64,000 nucleotides of DNA from the human T2T-CHM13v2.0 reference genome, Homo sapiens: the NCBI RefSeq assembly GCF_009914755.1, contig NC_060935.1, one strand, 5' to 3'. Of the stretch, positions 1-18,333 are shown piece after piece; the first letter of the stretch is position 1, and each line of letters starts with the position of its first letter. The translations under genes and the position numbers were made by a program. The notes beneath the pieces are model-generated. The model was not told the origin of the DNA, did not search any database, and saw only the letters and a list, made by a program, of their open reading frames with translations.

Positions 1-138
1 GTCTCCAGTTCTTGAATTCTGCCCCAACACAATAGTGTGCTCATTAAAACACTGGCAGAAGGAAGATGAACCTGTTGATGGCAAGCAATGGCTACAGGCT
101 GAGTGTTGATTATCTGCTTTATATTACGTATTGGTTTT

Positions 139-170
139 CTACACTTGATCTTAGCCAAAAGGCTGAGAAG
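139..170 (-). pseudogene. U2 snRNA retro-pseudogene, 3'-truncated (U2 nt ~5-36)
   Basis: Reverse complement CTTCTCAGCCTTTTGGCTAAGATCAAGTGTAG matches the U2 5' end with one CpG-type mismatch; flanked by a 17-bp direct repeat TA(C/T)GTATTGGTTTTCTA at 125-141 and 174-190; no poly(A). Confidence 0.9.
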
Positions 171-175
171 ACATA

Positions 176-1040
<865 letters not shown>

Positions 1041-1059
1041 CTCCTCCTCTACAATTAGC

Positions 1060-1385
1060 TATGATTTATTGAGAATCTGCTGTGTACCAGACACTATACT
1101 CAGCACTTTTCATTAATTATTTCATTTCATCCTCAAACAATCTTAAGAGATAAATACTAGATAATACTAAACAACCTTAAGAGTTAAACAACTAGAGTTG
1201 TTTTACAGATTTGGAAATTGAAGCTCAGAGAAACTGGTGTTTGACTTGTTCAAAGTTCCACAACCAATAAGTTTAACTTATTCAAACTTCAAAGTTCCAC
1301 TTATTCAAACTTCAAAGTTCCACAACCAATAAGTGACAAATTGGGAACTCAAACCCAAGACTATTTGATCTTAAAACCACTCCTG
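1060..1385 (-). mobile_element. MIR remnant with internal micro-duplications
   Basis: TTTTACAGAT..GGAAATTGAAGCTCAGAGA..GACTTG core, ..GAACTCAAACCCAAG. Confidence 0.6.
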
Positions 1386-1746
1386 TGCTTTGATTCTCTC
1401 CTTTTAAATAGTTTGTCCAGAAAACTTGTTTAAAAATCGTCCCCTTCTTCCTCTTTCTAAAGGGTAACGACAGAAGTAGGAAACACACATTCTTTGCTTT
1501 GCTTTTCTTGAAAGCCCTTAGTTGAGAGATTCTTAGTTGAGATTCTTGAATTCATATTTTCAAGCATAGTCAGAATGGATACTTCCTGCTAAGAAGAAGC
1601 CAGCGCTTCTAGGAAATGTTATGTTGCAGAATTAGGGCAGCCTGCCACAGCACGAGACAAAACCTGACCTGGATTTTATCAACACCATTAGAAAATAATT
1701 GTAGTGATGCCTCATAGTTATGTAGTAAGTTATAAATTAATTTCTC

Positions 1747-2058
<312 letters not shown>

Positions 2059-2180
2059 TCATTTTATTCTCAGTGTTCCTGTGAGTGAGCCAGGCCAGGG
2101 ATTTTATATATTTAGTGTGGTGGTTGTGGTTATTCTATGGATACAGCCAATTTTGTATTTTGGCTTAAAAAATTTATGTT

Positions 2181-2802
<622 letters not shown>

Positions 2803-2950
2803 TCAATTTAATGGATATATTTTAGCTTACTAAAATATTTTACCTTCTGATTCCATGGTGAGTAGAAAAAAAAAAAAAAGAAAGAAAATGTTTTCCTGAT
2901 CTTCGTTATTTAGGTTGCTTCTTTTTTATCACTATTACAAAAGTATTGAG

Positions 2951-3292
<342 letters not shown>

Positions 3293-3539
3293 CTAAAAAA
3301 TGCTCCCACACATACATCTGTACACATGTTTAGGATGGAGTACTAGGAAAGGAATGGTGGACAACAGTCTCAAGGCTCTTGGTGCATATAGAGATATGAT
3401 TATAAACCTATTTTACAGGTAAGGAAACAGACTCAGAGTGAAATCTGACCAAGTTCACAGGACTCATCAATGCACAACTGAAACTTGGGTCTAAGTCTTA
3501 CGCTTCCAACTCTGATGTTCTTTCGTTACAACTTGCTGC

Positions 3540-3698
3540 CTGTGGTGTGGTCCATGGACCAGCAGCCTTGGCAAATCTTGGAAGCTTGTTAGGAATGCAT
3601 AATCTCGGGCCCTACCCAAGACCTTGAGAATCAGAATCTGCATTTACCATGATCCTGAGATGCCTCTATACATATCAGTGTTTGAGAAGCAAGCACTG
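3540..3698. mobile_element. MER5A-like hAT-Charlie MITE
   Basis: GTGTGGTCCATGGACCAGCAGC...GAATCAGAATCTGCATTT...TTTGAGAAGC..CACTG. Confidence 0.7.
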
Positions 3699-4527
3699 CT
3701 TACAACATATCCTGCCCTGTGAAGGATGCCTCTGAAGTGCTTTGAAATAAGGCAAAACATCACTGGCTTTGGTGTTACTGGTTAATTCTCAGCTTCAAAA
3801 CATCTCTAACATTTCCTTGTTAAGGGCTGTATGGATTGTGCCCACTTCAAGAAACGCTTTGCTAATTTCATTGTAAACATCGGAATCTTTAACTTACTTC
3901 TATATTATCCCTGGATATGGCCATCACTTCTGCTCAAAATTGTACAAGTAGTATTTCAGAATAATTTTCAATAAGAAAGTATCAGGGTGAGGGATAAAGT
4001 GCATTCCACCAGGAGTTCTGGCCTAAGTTCCACCATTAACAAGCTGGTGACCTGGACGAATTATCCTTGATGAATGACCTTTAAGCCACTGAGTTATCCC
4101 TTATTGAGTTAGAAACTGTAAGGAGGACAATTTTATAAACCATAAAGCACTGGACGCATCTGTGGGGAGCATGTATTTAGATATCATTTTCCTCAAATGA
4201 AGGTGTTTACACCACATGATCCTTGGGGAAGGTATTCACAGGACCAAACCCTTCTAAGGAAAGCTATTTTGGATTGTATTCCACCTGTGCTCTCCAGGAA
4301 TATAATGACAGAGAGATATGAATCAAATCAGGATATGGGTAGAGTGAAAGCTTGGATTTTCAAAGGGTCTTCAAAGTCCCTTTTAAATCTCAAAACTTAT
4401 GATCTTATGCCATTCTAACATGAAAAAAAGAATCAGAGAATTCTAACATCGCTAGTCATTCTGCACAGCTCCCTGCTTCCAGGAAAGAGAGCAGCTCTTC
4501 TATTCTTTAAAAGTGTTGATTTATAGA

Positions 4528-4697
4528 AGAATAGATTTTAAATGTTTTCACCACAAAAAAAAAGATTACTATATGAGGTGATGAATTTGTTAAGTAGCAG
4601 GATTGAATCATTCCACATTGTGAACATATAGCAAAACATCATATTGTACCCCATAAATATATACAATTGTTATTTGTCAATTAAAAATAAAATAATG
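4528..4697 (+). mobile_element. L1MA-type 3' end fragment
   Basis: TTTTAAATGTTTTCACCAC...TATGAGGTGATG...CCCCATAAATATATACAATT..TTTGTCAATTAAAAATAAA. Confidence 0.75.
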
Positions 4698-4698
4698 A

Positions 4699-5006
4699 GG
4701 CCAGACATGGTGGCTCACACCTATAATCCCAGCACTTTGGGAAGCTGAGGTGGACAGATCACCTGAGGTCAGGAGTTCGAGACCAGCCTGGCCAACATGG
4801 TAAAACTGTGTATCTACTAAAAATACAAAAATTAGCTGGGCGTGGTGGTGCACACCTGTAATCCCAGCTACTCTGGAGGCTGAGGTAGGAGAATCGCTTG
4901 AACTCAGAGGCAGAGGTTGCAGTGAGCCAAGATCATGCCACTGCACTCCAGCCTGCGTGACAGAGTGAGACTGCACCTTTAAACAAACAAACAAACAAAC
5001 AAAAAA
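4699..5006 (+). mobile_element. Alu (AluS)
   Basis: Full dimer, (AAAC)n tail. Confidence 0.9.
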
Positions 5007-6031
5007 CATATATATATATATATGTATAAAAGATACTAATTTTCCCTAAGGGGTTACAGAAAGCTTCTTAGAAGAGATGTCCCTTGGGCTGAAGAGGAGA
5101 TAGCCAGGGGGAAAAGGGAGTGAAGGGTATTTCAAGCAGAGGAAACAGCAAATGCTCAGGGAACAGCAAATGCAAAGATGCCATGGGAACTGAGAACATG
5201 ACAAAGAGTTAAGCATGGCTCGTGGCAGGTATGTGGAAGACTGGGTAAGATGCAGGAGTGGGTGGCAAGATTCAATGTAGCTCTTGCAGACAGACTGAGC
5301 CAAAGCCTCCGTTGCATAACTGTTTCAGAGAGGAGTTAGCATGCAGGTATTGTAGAAAAATACCTGTTTGGAATGATCTTTAGTCTAGAGAAGGTACCAT
5401 ATCAAGAAATCCATTGGCATCATCCTGAACCAGAACTTATATTTCTCCTCTTGCCTGGGTTTACTCTTTTCCCCTCTCTCTTTAGCATAGCTGCTTCATC
5501 TTTCTCTGAAAGAAAATGAAGTCTCGGCATTGGCAGCTTTTGATCCAGTGTTCATTTGATCTGGTTGATTCAGGAAACAGATGCATCCTCTTGGTCTCAG
5601 CACAAATCACTGGGGTTTCTTTCTTTATTATTATTTTTGTTTGGCGAAAGCCAGATCTATGTCTCAATCAGCATAGAGGAAAAAAGTAATTACTGAAGTA
5701 TTAGTGTTATTATTATTTCCTGATATGAGCTGCTGCATTCCTTACTTGTATCTGGTTTTCTCCCTAGGCTGAGGTCAAAAAGTTTAAAACAAATCCTTCT
5801 TGGATAAAGCCTGTATTAATTATTTTTAACCTTGTTTGCATTGGAGACCTCTTTGAGACGTTAATGAAAAAGATAAACCCTCTCCTCAAAACAAATTCAC
5901 CTTTTCCTATACCCACAAGATGTAACATGGTTTCAAAAGATTCGCAAACCTCTTAAAGCCCCTGAGGACCCTTAAGGAATCCATAGACCTTGGTTAAGAA
6001 GCTCTAAACAGTTAAAAATAACATAGAAGAG

Positions 6032-6414
<383 letters not shown>

Positions 6415-6659
6415 CTAATTCTGGTGGTATGTTTTGGAAAGTCAAAATAAATCTGAATTGTATTGGCCATATAGTTGTTGAAGCCTCTGCTATAGATTAG
6501 ATTCAGTGGGCAGAGTTCAGTACTGCCAATGCCCCCACCGCCATGAAAACCCAAACATGAGTAAAGGTCCCAGAGAGAGAAGGAAGAGGAGCAGAAAATA
6601 ACTTGAGACTTTTCATATTCTAAAGTTAAGTCCTTAGCCTTGGCGTCAGAAGACTTTGT

Positions 6660-7262
<603 letters not shown>

Positions 7263-7610
7263 TTCTACCTTTATAATTTTGTCAAGTCATTTTAGTTTTC
7301 TGAATATCAGCTTTCTCACCTGTAAAATGGGGATGATAATAATAATACCCACCTCTCAGGGCTGTTGTGAGGACTTAATGAAGCAATGCGTGTGAAAGTA
7401 TTTACTAGACATCTGGCTCACAGATGGTGCTTGACAGATGTTAACTAAAATCCAATTCTTCCCGGGTGGAGGAAGCCCTTTTAGAGATCTTATGTACCAG
7501 AATAATTTTGGTGAGGGACTTCTGGTTTCCAGTCTGGCATGTAAGGAGCTTAGAAGTCACCTCTCTGTCCTTAAAATAAGTAAAAACTGAACAAACTTAA
7601 AAATCAACAA

Positions 7611-9089
7611 CTCCCTCTCCCTCTCCCTCCCCCTCCCCCTCCCCCTCTCCCCTTTGCACGGTCTCCCTCTGATGCCGAGTGGAGGCTGGACTGTACTGCC
7701 GCCATCTCGGCTCACTGCAGCCTCCCTGCCTGATTCTCCTGCCTCAGCCTGCCGAGTGCCTGGGATTGCAGGCGCGCGCCGCCACACCTGACTGGTTTTC
7801 GTATTTTTTGGTGGAGACGGGGTTTTGCCGTGTTGGCCGGGCTGGTCTCCAGCTCCTGACCGTGAGTGGTCTGCCAGCCTCGGCCTCCCGAGGTGCCGGG
7901 ATTGCAGACGGAGTCTCGCTCACTCAGTGCTCAACGTTGCCCAGGCTGGAGTGCAGTGGCGTGATCTCGGATCGCTACAACCTCCGCCTCCCAGCCGCCT
8001 GCCTTGGCCTCCCAAAGTGTCGAGATTGCAGCCTCTGCCCGGCCGCCACCCCGTCTGGGAAGTGAGTAGCGTCTCTGCCTGGCCGCCCATCCTCTGGCAT
8101 GTGAGGAGCCCCTCTACCTGGCCGCCCAGTCCGGGAAGTGAGGAGCGCCTCTTCCCGGCCGCCACGCCGTCTAGGAAGTGAGGAGCGTCTCTGCCTGGCC
8201 GCCCATCATCTGGGATGTGGGGAGCGCCTCTGCCCTGCCACCCCGTCTGAGATGTGAAGAGTGCCTCTGCCCGGCCATGACCCCGTCTGGGAACTGAGGA
8301 GTGTCTCTGCCCCGCCGCCACCCCGTCTGGGAGGTGAGGAGCGTCTCTGACCGGCCCCCCCCCGTCTGAGAAGTGAGGAGCCCCTCCTCCCGGCAGCCGC
8401 CCCGTCTGGGAAGTGGGGAGCCCCTCCACCCGGCAGCCGCCCCGTCTGGGAAGTGAGGAGCGTCTCCACCCGGCAGCCGCCCCGTCCGGGAGGTTGGGGG
8501 CAGCCCCCGCCCGGCCAGCCGCCCCGTCTGGGAGGTGGGGGGCGCCTCTGCCCGGCCTCCACCCCGTCTGGGAGGTGTGCCCAACAGCTCACTGAGAACG
8601 GGCCATGATGACAATGGCGGTTTTGTCGAATAGAAAAGGGGGAAATGTGGGGAAAAGAAAGAGAGATCAGATTGTTATTGTGTCTGTGTAGAAAGAAGTA
8701 GACATAGGAGACTCCATTTTGTTCTGTACTAGGAAAAATTCTTCTGCCTTGGGATGCTGTTAATCTATAACCTTACCCCCAACCCTGTGCTCTCTGAAAC
8801 ATGTGCTGTGTCCACTAAGGGTTAAATGGATTAAGGGTGGTGCAAGATGTGCTTTGTTAAACAGATGCTTGAAGGCAGCATGCTCGTTAAGAGTCATCAC
8901 CACTCCCTAATCTCAAGTACCCAGGGACACAAACACTGCAGAAGGCGGCAGGGCCCTCTGCCTAGGAAAACCAGAGACCTTTGTTCACATGTTTATCTGC
9001 TGACCTTCCCTCCACTATTGTCCTATGACCCTGCCAAGTCTCCCTCTCCGAGAAACACCCAAGAATGATCAATAAATACTAAAAAAAAA
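7611..9089 (+). mobile_element. SVA retrotransposon, full length (older SVA_A/B-like)
   Basis: (CCCTCT)n head 7611-7652, antisense Alu-like domain, GC-rich VNTR ~8030-8580, HERV-K-derived SINE-R, AATAAA 9071-9076, poly(A); TSD AAAAATCAACAA at 7599-7610 and 9090-9101 after a TT/AAAA site. Confidence 0.95.
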
Positions 9090-9193
9090 AAAAATCAACA
9101 ATTCTTCTTAGATTCTTCAGAGAAGTGAGGTCACAGGGCAAACGCCTGCCCCTCAAATTGGAAAGACACGCAAGCAGATAAAATACAATATTT

Positions 9194-9511
<318 letters not shown>

Positions 9512-9732
9512 TTATTGGTGGAAGGGAAGAAAAGCCTGAACTACAACTGATGGACTACTGGAGGGTCGGTGTGGACAAGTCTGAGAGTTAAAAATTTCAG
9601 GGAGACCGGTCATAGCGGGGGCCTCTATACTTTTGTGAGTTTTACTTCTAGGATCAAATATCAGAGAAAAATCTCCTCATGCTTCTGGCAGGGGGAAAGG
9701 AAAAGGAACCATTTTGAAACAGGCCAGAGCAT

Positions 9733-10217
<485 letters not shown>

Positions 10218-10698
10218 TCAATTCTGTTCTTAATGGGGTTTGTCCCCAGGAGAAACTATTTACCAGCGCTTAACCTGCTGGGTTTTATCAAAACCTATCC
10301 AATCTGGGGGAAGGGAAATAACCAACTCCAGCCCCCTCTAGCTATCCTGTCCCACCTAAACGGGGAAAACTGAGAGGCAATTGTGAAGTTTATAGTTCGG
10401 GGCTGCAGGCTCACCGAAAGCCTGAGACCTAATCATAGGACTATGGAATACTTCTCCTCCCCAACACCTTACCACCATGTTACAAAAGGCCTTTTTACTA
10501 CAGTTCCTTTTACCTAATACAACATATCTGCTTTTCAGCAAAAAATACAAGGCATATTAAAAGGCAGAAAACACAATTTGAAGAGACTGAACAAACATCA
10601 GAAACAGAGTGAAATATGGCAGGAATGTTGGAATGATTAGACCAGGTATTTTTTTAAACTATGATTAATATGCTAAAGGCTTTAATAAAAAAAAGTAA

Positions 10699-11010
<312 letters not shown>

Positions 11011-11157
11011 ATGAAAAAAAGTAGACAACATGCAAAAACAAATGAAAAAAATAAAAAAGAACAGATGGATGATATAAGCAGAAAGAAATTCTAAGAAAAA
11101 AATGAAAAAGATGTTAGAGATAAAGAAACACTGTAACAAAAATGAAGAATGCTTTGT

Positions 11158-11298
11158 CTGGGTATGGTGGCTCACACCTGTATTGGGAGGCTGAAACAGG
11201 AGAATTCCTAGAGGACAGGAGTTCAAGACCAGCCTGGGAAACATAGTGAGATCTTGTCTCTTAAAAAAAACAAAAAAACAAAAACAACAACAAAAAAA
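11158..11298 (+). mobile_element. FLAM / Alu left monomer
   Basis: Monomer with A-rich tail. Confidence 0.7.
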
Positions 11299-11392
11299 CC
11301 AGAATTATTTGATGGGCTCATTAGTAGACAAGACACAACTGAGAAAAGAATGAGCTTGAGGATGTTAATAGAAATGTATAAAACTGAAAAGT

Positions 11393-11737
11393 GGCTGGGT
11401 GCGGTGCCTCATGCCTATAATCTCAGCACTTTGGGAGGCCGAGGTGGGTGGATTGCTTGAATTCAGGAGTTTGAGACCAACCTGGCCAACATGGTGAAAC
11501 CCCATCTCTACTAAAAATACAAAAATTAGCCGGGCCTGGTGGCAGATGCCTGTAATCCCAGCTACACAGCAGGCTAAGACAGGAGAATTGCTTGAACCCG
11601 GGAGGTGGAGTTCGCAGTGAACCTAGATCGCACCACTTCACTCCAGCCTTGGGCGACAGTGACACTCTGTCGAGAAAGGAAGGAAGGGAGGAACGGAGGA
11701 AGCGAGGAAGGGAGGAAGGGAGGGAGGGAGGGAGGAA
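11393..11737 (+). mobile_element. Alu with (GGAA/GGGA)n tail
   Basis: Full dimer; tail converted to a purine repeat at ~11672-11737. Confidence 0.85.
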
Positions 11738-11744
11738 ATGTTGA

Positions 11745-12081
<337 letters not shown>

Positions 12082-12133
12082 ACCAACCTAGAATTCTGTA
12101 CCCTTCAAAATTATCCTTCAGAAACGAAGGAGA

Positions 12134-13292
12134 CCCTCTCCCTCTCCCTACTTCCCTCCCCCTCCCCCTCCCTCTCCCTCTCCCCACGGTCTCCCTCTCC
12201 CTCTCTTTCCACGGTCTCCCTCTGATGCCGAGCGGAAGCTGGACTGTACTGATGCCATCTGGGCTCACTGCAACCTCCCTGCGTGATTCTCCTGCCTCAG
12301 CCTGCCGACTGCCTGCGATTGCAGGCGCGCGCTGCCACGCCTGACTGGTTTTCGTATTTTTTTGGTGGAGACGGGGTTTCGCTGTGTTGGCCGGGCTGGT
12401 TTCCAGCTCCTAACCGCGAGTGATCAGCCAGCCTCGGCCTCCCGAGGTGCCGGGATTGCAGACGGAGTCTCGTTCACTCAGTGCTCAAGGTTGCCCAGGC
12501 TGGAGTGCAGTGGCGTGATCTCGGATTGCTACAACCTCCACCTCCCAGCCGCCTGCCTTGGCCTCCCAAAGTGCGGAGATTGCAGCCTCTGCCCGGCCGC
12601 CACCCCGTCTGGGAAGTGAGGAGCGTCTCTGCCTGGCCGCCCATCGTCTGGGATGTGAGGAGCCCCTTTGCCTGGCTGCCCAGTCTGGGAAGTGAGGAGC
12701 GCCTCTTCCCAGCCGCCCATCGTCTGAGATGTGGGGAGCGCCTCTGCCCCGCCGAGACCCCGTCTGGGAGGTGAGGAGCGTCTCTGCTCGGCCGCCCTGT
12801 CTGAGAAGTGAGGAGCCCCTCCGCCCGGCAGCCACCCCGTCTGGGAAGTGAGGAGCGTCTCCAGCCGGCAGCCACCCGGTCCGGGAGGGAGGTGGGGGGC
12901 AGCCCCCACCCAGCCAGCCGCCTGGTCCGGGAGGGAGGTGGGGGGTCAGCCCCCACCCGGCCAGCCGCCCCGTCCGGGAGGGAGGTGGGGGGCGCCTCCA
13001 CCCGGCCAGCCGCCCCATCCAGGAGGTGGGGGGCGCCTCTGCCCGGCCACCCCTTCTGGGAAGTGAGGAGCCCCTCTGCCAGGCCACCACCCCGTCTGGG
13101 AGGTGTACCCAACAGCTCATTGAGAACGGGCCATGATGACGATGGCGGTTTTGTGGAATAGAAAAGGGGGAAAGGTGGGGAAAAGATAGAGAAATCAGAT
13201 TGTTGCTGTGTCTGTGTAGAAAGAAGTAGACATGGGAGACTTCATTTTGTTCTGTACTAAGAAAAATTCTTCTGCCTTGGGAAAAAAAAAAA
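12134..13292 (+). mobile_element. SVA retrotransposon (SVA_C/D-like), SINE-R shortened at the 3' end
   Basis: Hexamer head, Alu-like domain, VNTR ~12590-13105, only ~175 bp of SINE-R ending CTTCTGCCTTGGG then A-run 13282-13292; TSD AGAAA(C/T)GAAGGAGA at 12120-12133 and 13293-13306. Confidence 0.95.
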
Positions 13293-13422
13293 AGAAATGA
13301 AGGAGAAATAAGCAGTTTCTCAGATAAACAAAAACTACAGGAATTTGTCATCAGTAGGTCTGCCTTTCAAGCAAGGTTAAAAGAAGTTCGAAAAACCAGA
13401 TCTACATGAAGAAAGGAAGACA

Positions 13423-13765
13423 GGCTAGGCACAGTGGTACATGCCTGTAGTCCCAGCTACTTGGGAAGCTGAGGCAGGAGGATCGCTTGAGCCCAGGGGT
13501 TCAAGTCCAGAGTCCAGCCTGGGCAACATAGCAAGACTCCATCTCTAAAAAATAAGAAAAAAAATTTTTCTAAATGAGAAAGGAAGAGCATTGGATCAGA
13601 GAATGAATAAATGAAGAATAAAATATTTTTCTTATTTTGTTTTAAATAGAGACGGGGTTCTCCCTTGTTGTCTAGGCTGGTTTCAAACTCCTAGGTTCAA
13701 GTGATCCTCCCACCTCAGCCCCGCAAAGTCCTGGGATTACAGGTATGATCCACTATGCCCGCCGC
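13423..13765. mobile_element. Two Alu monomers (FLAM-like): + 13423-13563 and - 13630-13765
   Basis: Monomeric Alu sequences in opposite orientation. Confidence 0.75.
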
Positions 13766-15012
13766 TTTTCTTATTCTTAACTGATCTAACAGATAACAGT
13801 TTCTTCAAAATAATAGCAACAATGTCATTGATTATGTACGGTTACATGTATATATATGTGTGTGTGTGTGTTGGTATGTTTGTGTATGGTTGAAATAAAT
13901 GACAGTAATGATACAAGGGATGGGAGAGAGGAATTTAAAAAATATTTTGTTATTATAAGATGCTTGCACTACCCATGAAGTGGTATAGTGTTATTTGAAA
14001 GTAGACTTCGATTAATTGTCAATGTATATTGCAAACTCTAAGGCAGCCACTAAAAAACAGTAATAAAAGAAGTATAATTGATATGCTAAGAAAGGAGAGA
14101 ATATAAAATACTCAATTAAAACCACAAAAGGCAGAAAAAGTATGGAAAACAAAAATAAGAACAGAGAACCAGGGCAAAAAGTGGAAAACAGTAACAAATA
14201 CAGTGGATATTATCCAACTAGACCAATAACATCTTAAACATCAATGATCTAAATACACCAAGAAAAAGAGATTGTCACAGTGAATTTTAAAAAAGACTCT
14301 CTGATTGCTGTGGTTGATATGTTAAAAAAGAAAAAAGAAAAAAAATCTCAACTACATGTTGCCTATGAGAAACCCACTTTAAATATAAAGATACATATAG
14401 AGTAAATGTAAAGTGATGGAGAAAGATATTGCATGGTAACACTAATCAAAGCAGACAGTAGCTATAATTAATTTCGGACAGAGCAGTCTTCAGAGCAAGA
14501 AAGTCGTCAGAGATAAAGAGAGGCATAACATAATGACAAAGGGGCTAATTCCCCAAGAAGACATAACAATCCTTAATGTGTATGCACTAACAATAGAGCA
14601 TCGAAATATGTGAGGCAAAACTGATAAAACTATAAAGAGAAATAGATGAGTCCACTATCATGGTTGGAGATTTTAACACCCCTCTACCAGAAATAAATAG
14701 CAGGCAGAGAATCAGTAAGGATGTAGTTGAACTCAATAGCGCCATCAATCAACTGAATATAATTGACATCTATAGATTACTTCATCCAATAAAAGCAGAT
14801 TACATGTTCTTCTCAAGCTCACATGGAACATTCATCAAGATAGACCACAATCTGAGCCATAAAAAACACTTTAGCAAATTTAAATAGAAACCATACAATG
14901 TCTACTGTCAGACCACAGTGGAATTAAACTGGAATCCCATAACAGAAAAACAGCTGAAAAATCCCCAAACAACACATTCCTAAACAACATATAGCTCAGG
15001 GAAGAAATTTCA

Positions 15013-15359
<347 letters not shown>

Positions 15360-15559
15360 TTAACAAAATTTATGGATGCATTAAAAACAGCACTTAGAGG
15401 AAGATTTATAGCATTGAAAGCATATAGTAGAAAAGAAAAAAGGTCTAAAATCAATAATGTAAACTTCCGCCTTAGAAAACTAAAAAAAAAGCAAATTAAA
15501 TCCAAAGTCAGTATAAGAAGAAAAATAATTAAAATCAGAGCAGAAGTCAATGAAGTTGG

Positions 15560-15987
<428 letters not shown>

Positions 15988-16082
15988 TTACTAACATAAG
16001 AAATGAAAGTGGAGATATTATTACAGACCCCATTGTCATTAAAAGTATAACAAAGAAATATTATGAGCCACTCTATGCCAAC

Positions 16083-16505
16083 TCTCTTAGTCCACTTTCT
16101 ACTGCTATAACAGAAAACCACCGGCTAGGTAATTTATAAAGAACAGAAGTTTATTTGGCTCGTGGTTCTGGAGGCTGGGAAGTCCAAGAGCATGGTGCCA
16201 GGATCTGGTGAGGGTTATCCCATGGTTATTCCATGGCAGAAGGTATCACATGGTGAGAGAGTATGCGAGAGAGAGACAGAGACAGAGACAGAGAAAGACA
16301 GAGAGAGAGAGAGAGAGAAAGGGGGCTGAACTTTCTTTTTTTTTAAAAAAAAATAAGTAATCTGCTCCTGCAATAGCAGCCTTAATTCATTCATGAGGTT
16401 GGTTTCCCCTTGACCTAACACCTCTTAAAAGTCCCACCTCTCAACATCATCACAATGGCAAATAAATTTCAACATGAGTTTTGGAGGGGACTTCAAACCA
16501 TATCA
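16083..16505 (-). mobile_element. MST-type MaLR solo LTR inserted in L1 ORF2
   Basis: T.TCTTAGTCC...CTGCTATAACAGAA..GGCTAGGTAATTTATAAAGAACAGAAGTTTATTTGGCTC..GGTTCTGGAGGCTGGGAAGTCCAAG ... TTTCAACATGAGTTTTGGAGGGGAC..AAACCATATCA. Confidence 0.85.
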
Positions 16506-16614
16506 TCCATGAATTTGATAACCTAGATGAAATGGACCAATTTCTTGAAAGAAACAATCTGCCAAAACTCACATAAGAAGAAATAGACAATCTGAATAGG
16601 CCTATATCTATTAA

Positions 16615-17130
<516 letters not shown>

Positions 17131-17519
17131 TTAAGGAAATTGAATCAATAATAACTTTCCAAAACAGCACCAGGCCCAGATGGGTTCACTGATTAATTGT
17201 ACCAAAAATTCAAGGGAGAAATTTTACCAATTCTCTACAATCTCTTCTAGAGATAGAAGCAGAGAGACCAATCCTAATTCATTCTATGAGGCCAGTATTA
17301 CCCTAATACCAAAACCAGACAAAGACATTAGAGGAAAAGAAAACTACAGACCAATATCTCTCATGAACATAGATGCAAAAATCTTCAGTAAAATATTAGC
17401 AAATCAAATCCAATAATGTCAGAAAAGAATTATACACCATAACCAAGTGGGATTTATCCCAGGTATGCAAGACTAGTTCAACATTTGAATATTAATTAAT
17501 ATAATCTATCACATCAGTA

Positions 17520-17590
17520 ATTGTGCCACTGCACTCCAGCCTGGGCAACAGAGCAAGACTCCGTCTCAAAAAAAAAAAAAAAAAAAAAAG
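17520..17590 (+). mobile_element. Alu 3' fragment (~50 bp plus A tail)
   Basis: TTGTGCCACTGCACTCCAGCCTGGGCAACAGAGCAAGACTCCGTCTC(A)n. Confidence 0.85.
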
Positions 17591-17652
17591 AAAAAACTCT
17601 CAGCAAGCTAGGAATAAAGGGAAACTTCCTTAACTTAAATAAGAACATCTAT

Positions 17653-17931
17653 AGGCCGGGCACAGTGGCTCATGCCTGTAATCCTAGCACTTTGGGAGGT
17701 TGAGGCGTAGGATTACTTGAGGTCAGGAGTTTGAGATCAGCCTGGCTAACATGGTGAAACCCTGTCTCTACTAAAAATACAAAAATTAGCCAGGCATGGT
17801 GGGGGGCAATTCCAGCTACTCGGGAGGCTGAGGTAGGAGACTTGCTTGAACCCTGGAGGCGGAGTTTGTAGTGAACCAAATGTGCCACTGCACTCCAGCC
17901 TGGGCAACAGAGTGAGACTCAATCTCAAAAA

Positions 17932-17963
<32 letters not shown>

Positions 17964-17971
17964 GTAAATAA
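17653..17971 (+). mobile_element. Alu (AluS), (TAAA)n tail
   Basis: Full dimer; AAGAACATCT TSD. Confidence 0.9.
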
Positions 17972-18333
17972 AAGAACATCTCTAAAAACCCCCCAACCAG
18001 CATCATACTGAGTGGTGAAAAACTTGAAACTTTCCTGCTAAGATCAGGAATGAGGCAAGGCTGTCCGCTCTCACCACTGTTTTTCAACATTGTACCAGAA
18101 GTCCTAGCTAATGCAACAAGACAAGAAGAGGAGATAAAAGCTATGCAGATTGGGAAGGAAGAAATATAAATGCCTTTGTTTGCAGATGACATGATTGTCT
18201 ATGTAGAAAATCCAAAAGAAGCAACAACAGCAAAAACCTCCTGGAACTAATAAGTGATTACAGCAATGTTTCAGGATGCAAGGTTAAAAACAAAAGCCAA
18301 TCACTTTCCTAAGTAGCAGCAATGAACAAGTAA

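Noticed and set aside
8030-8580. SVA VNTR as a CRISPR-like repeat-spacer array or promoter CpG island
   Set aside because: The units are tandem variants of each other with no unique spacers, in eukaryotic DNA with no cas genes; CpG richness is explained by the young retrotransposon.
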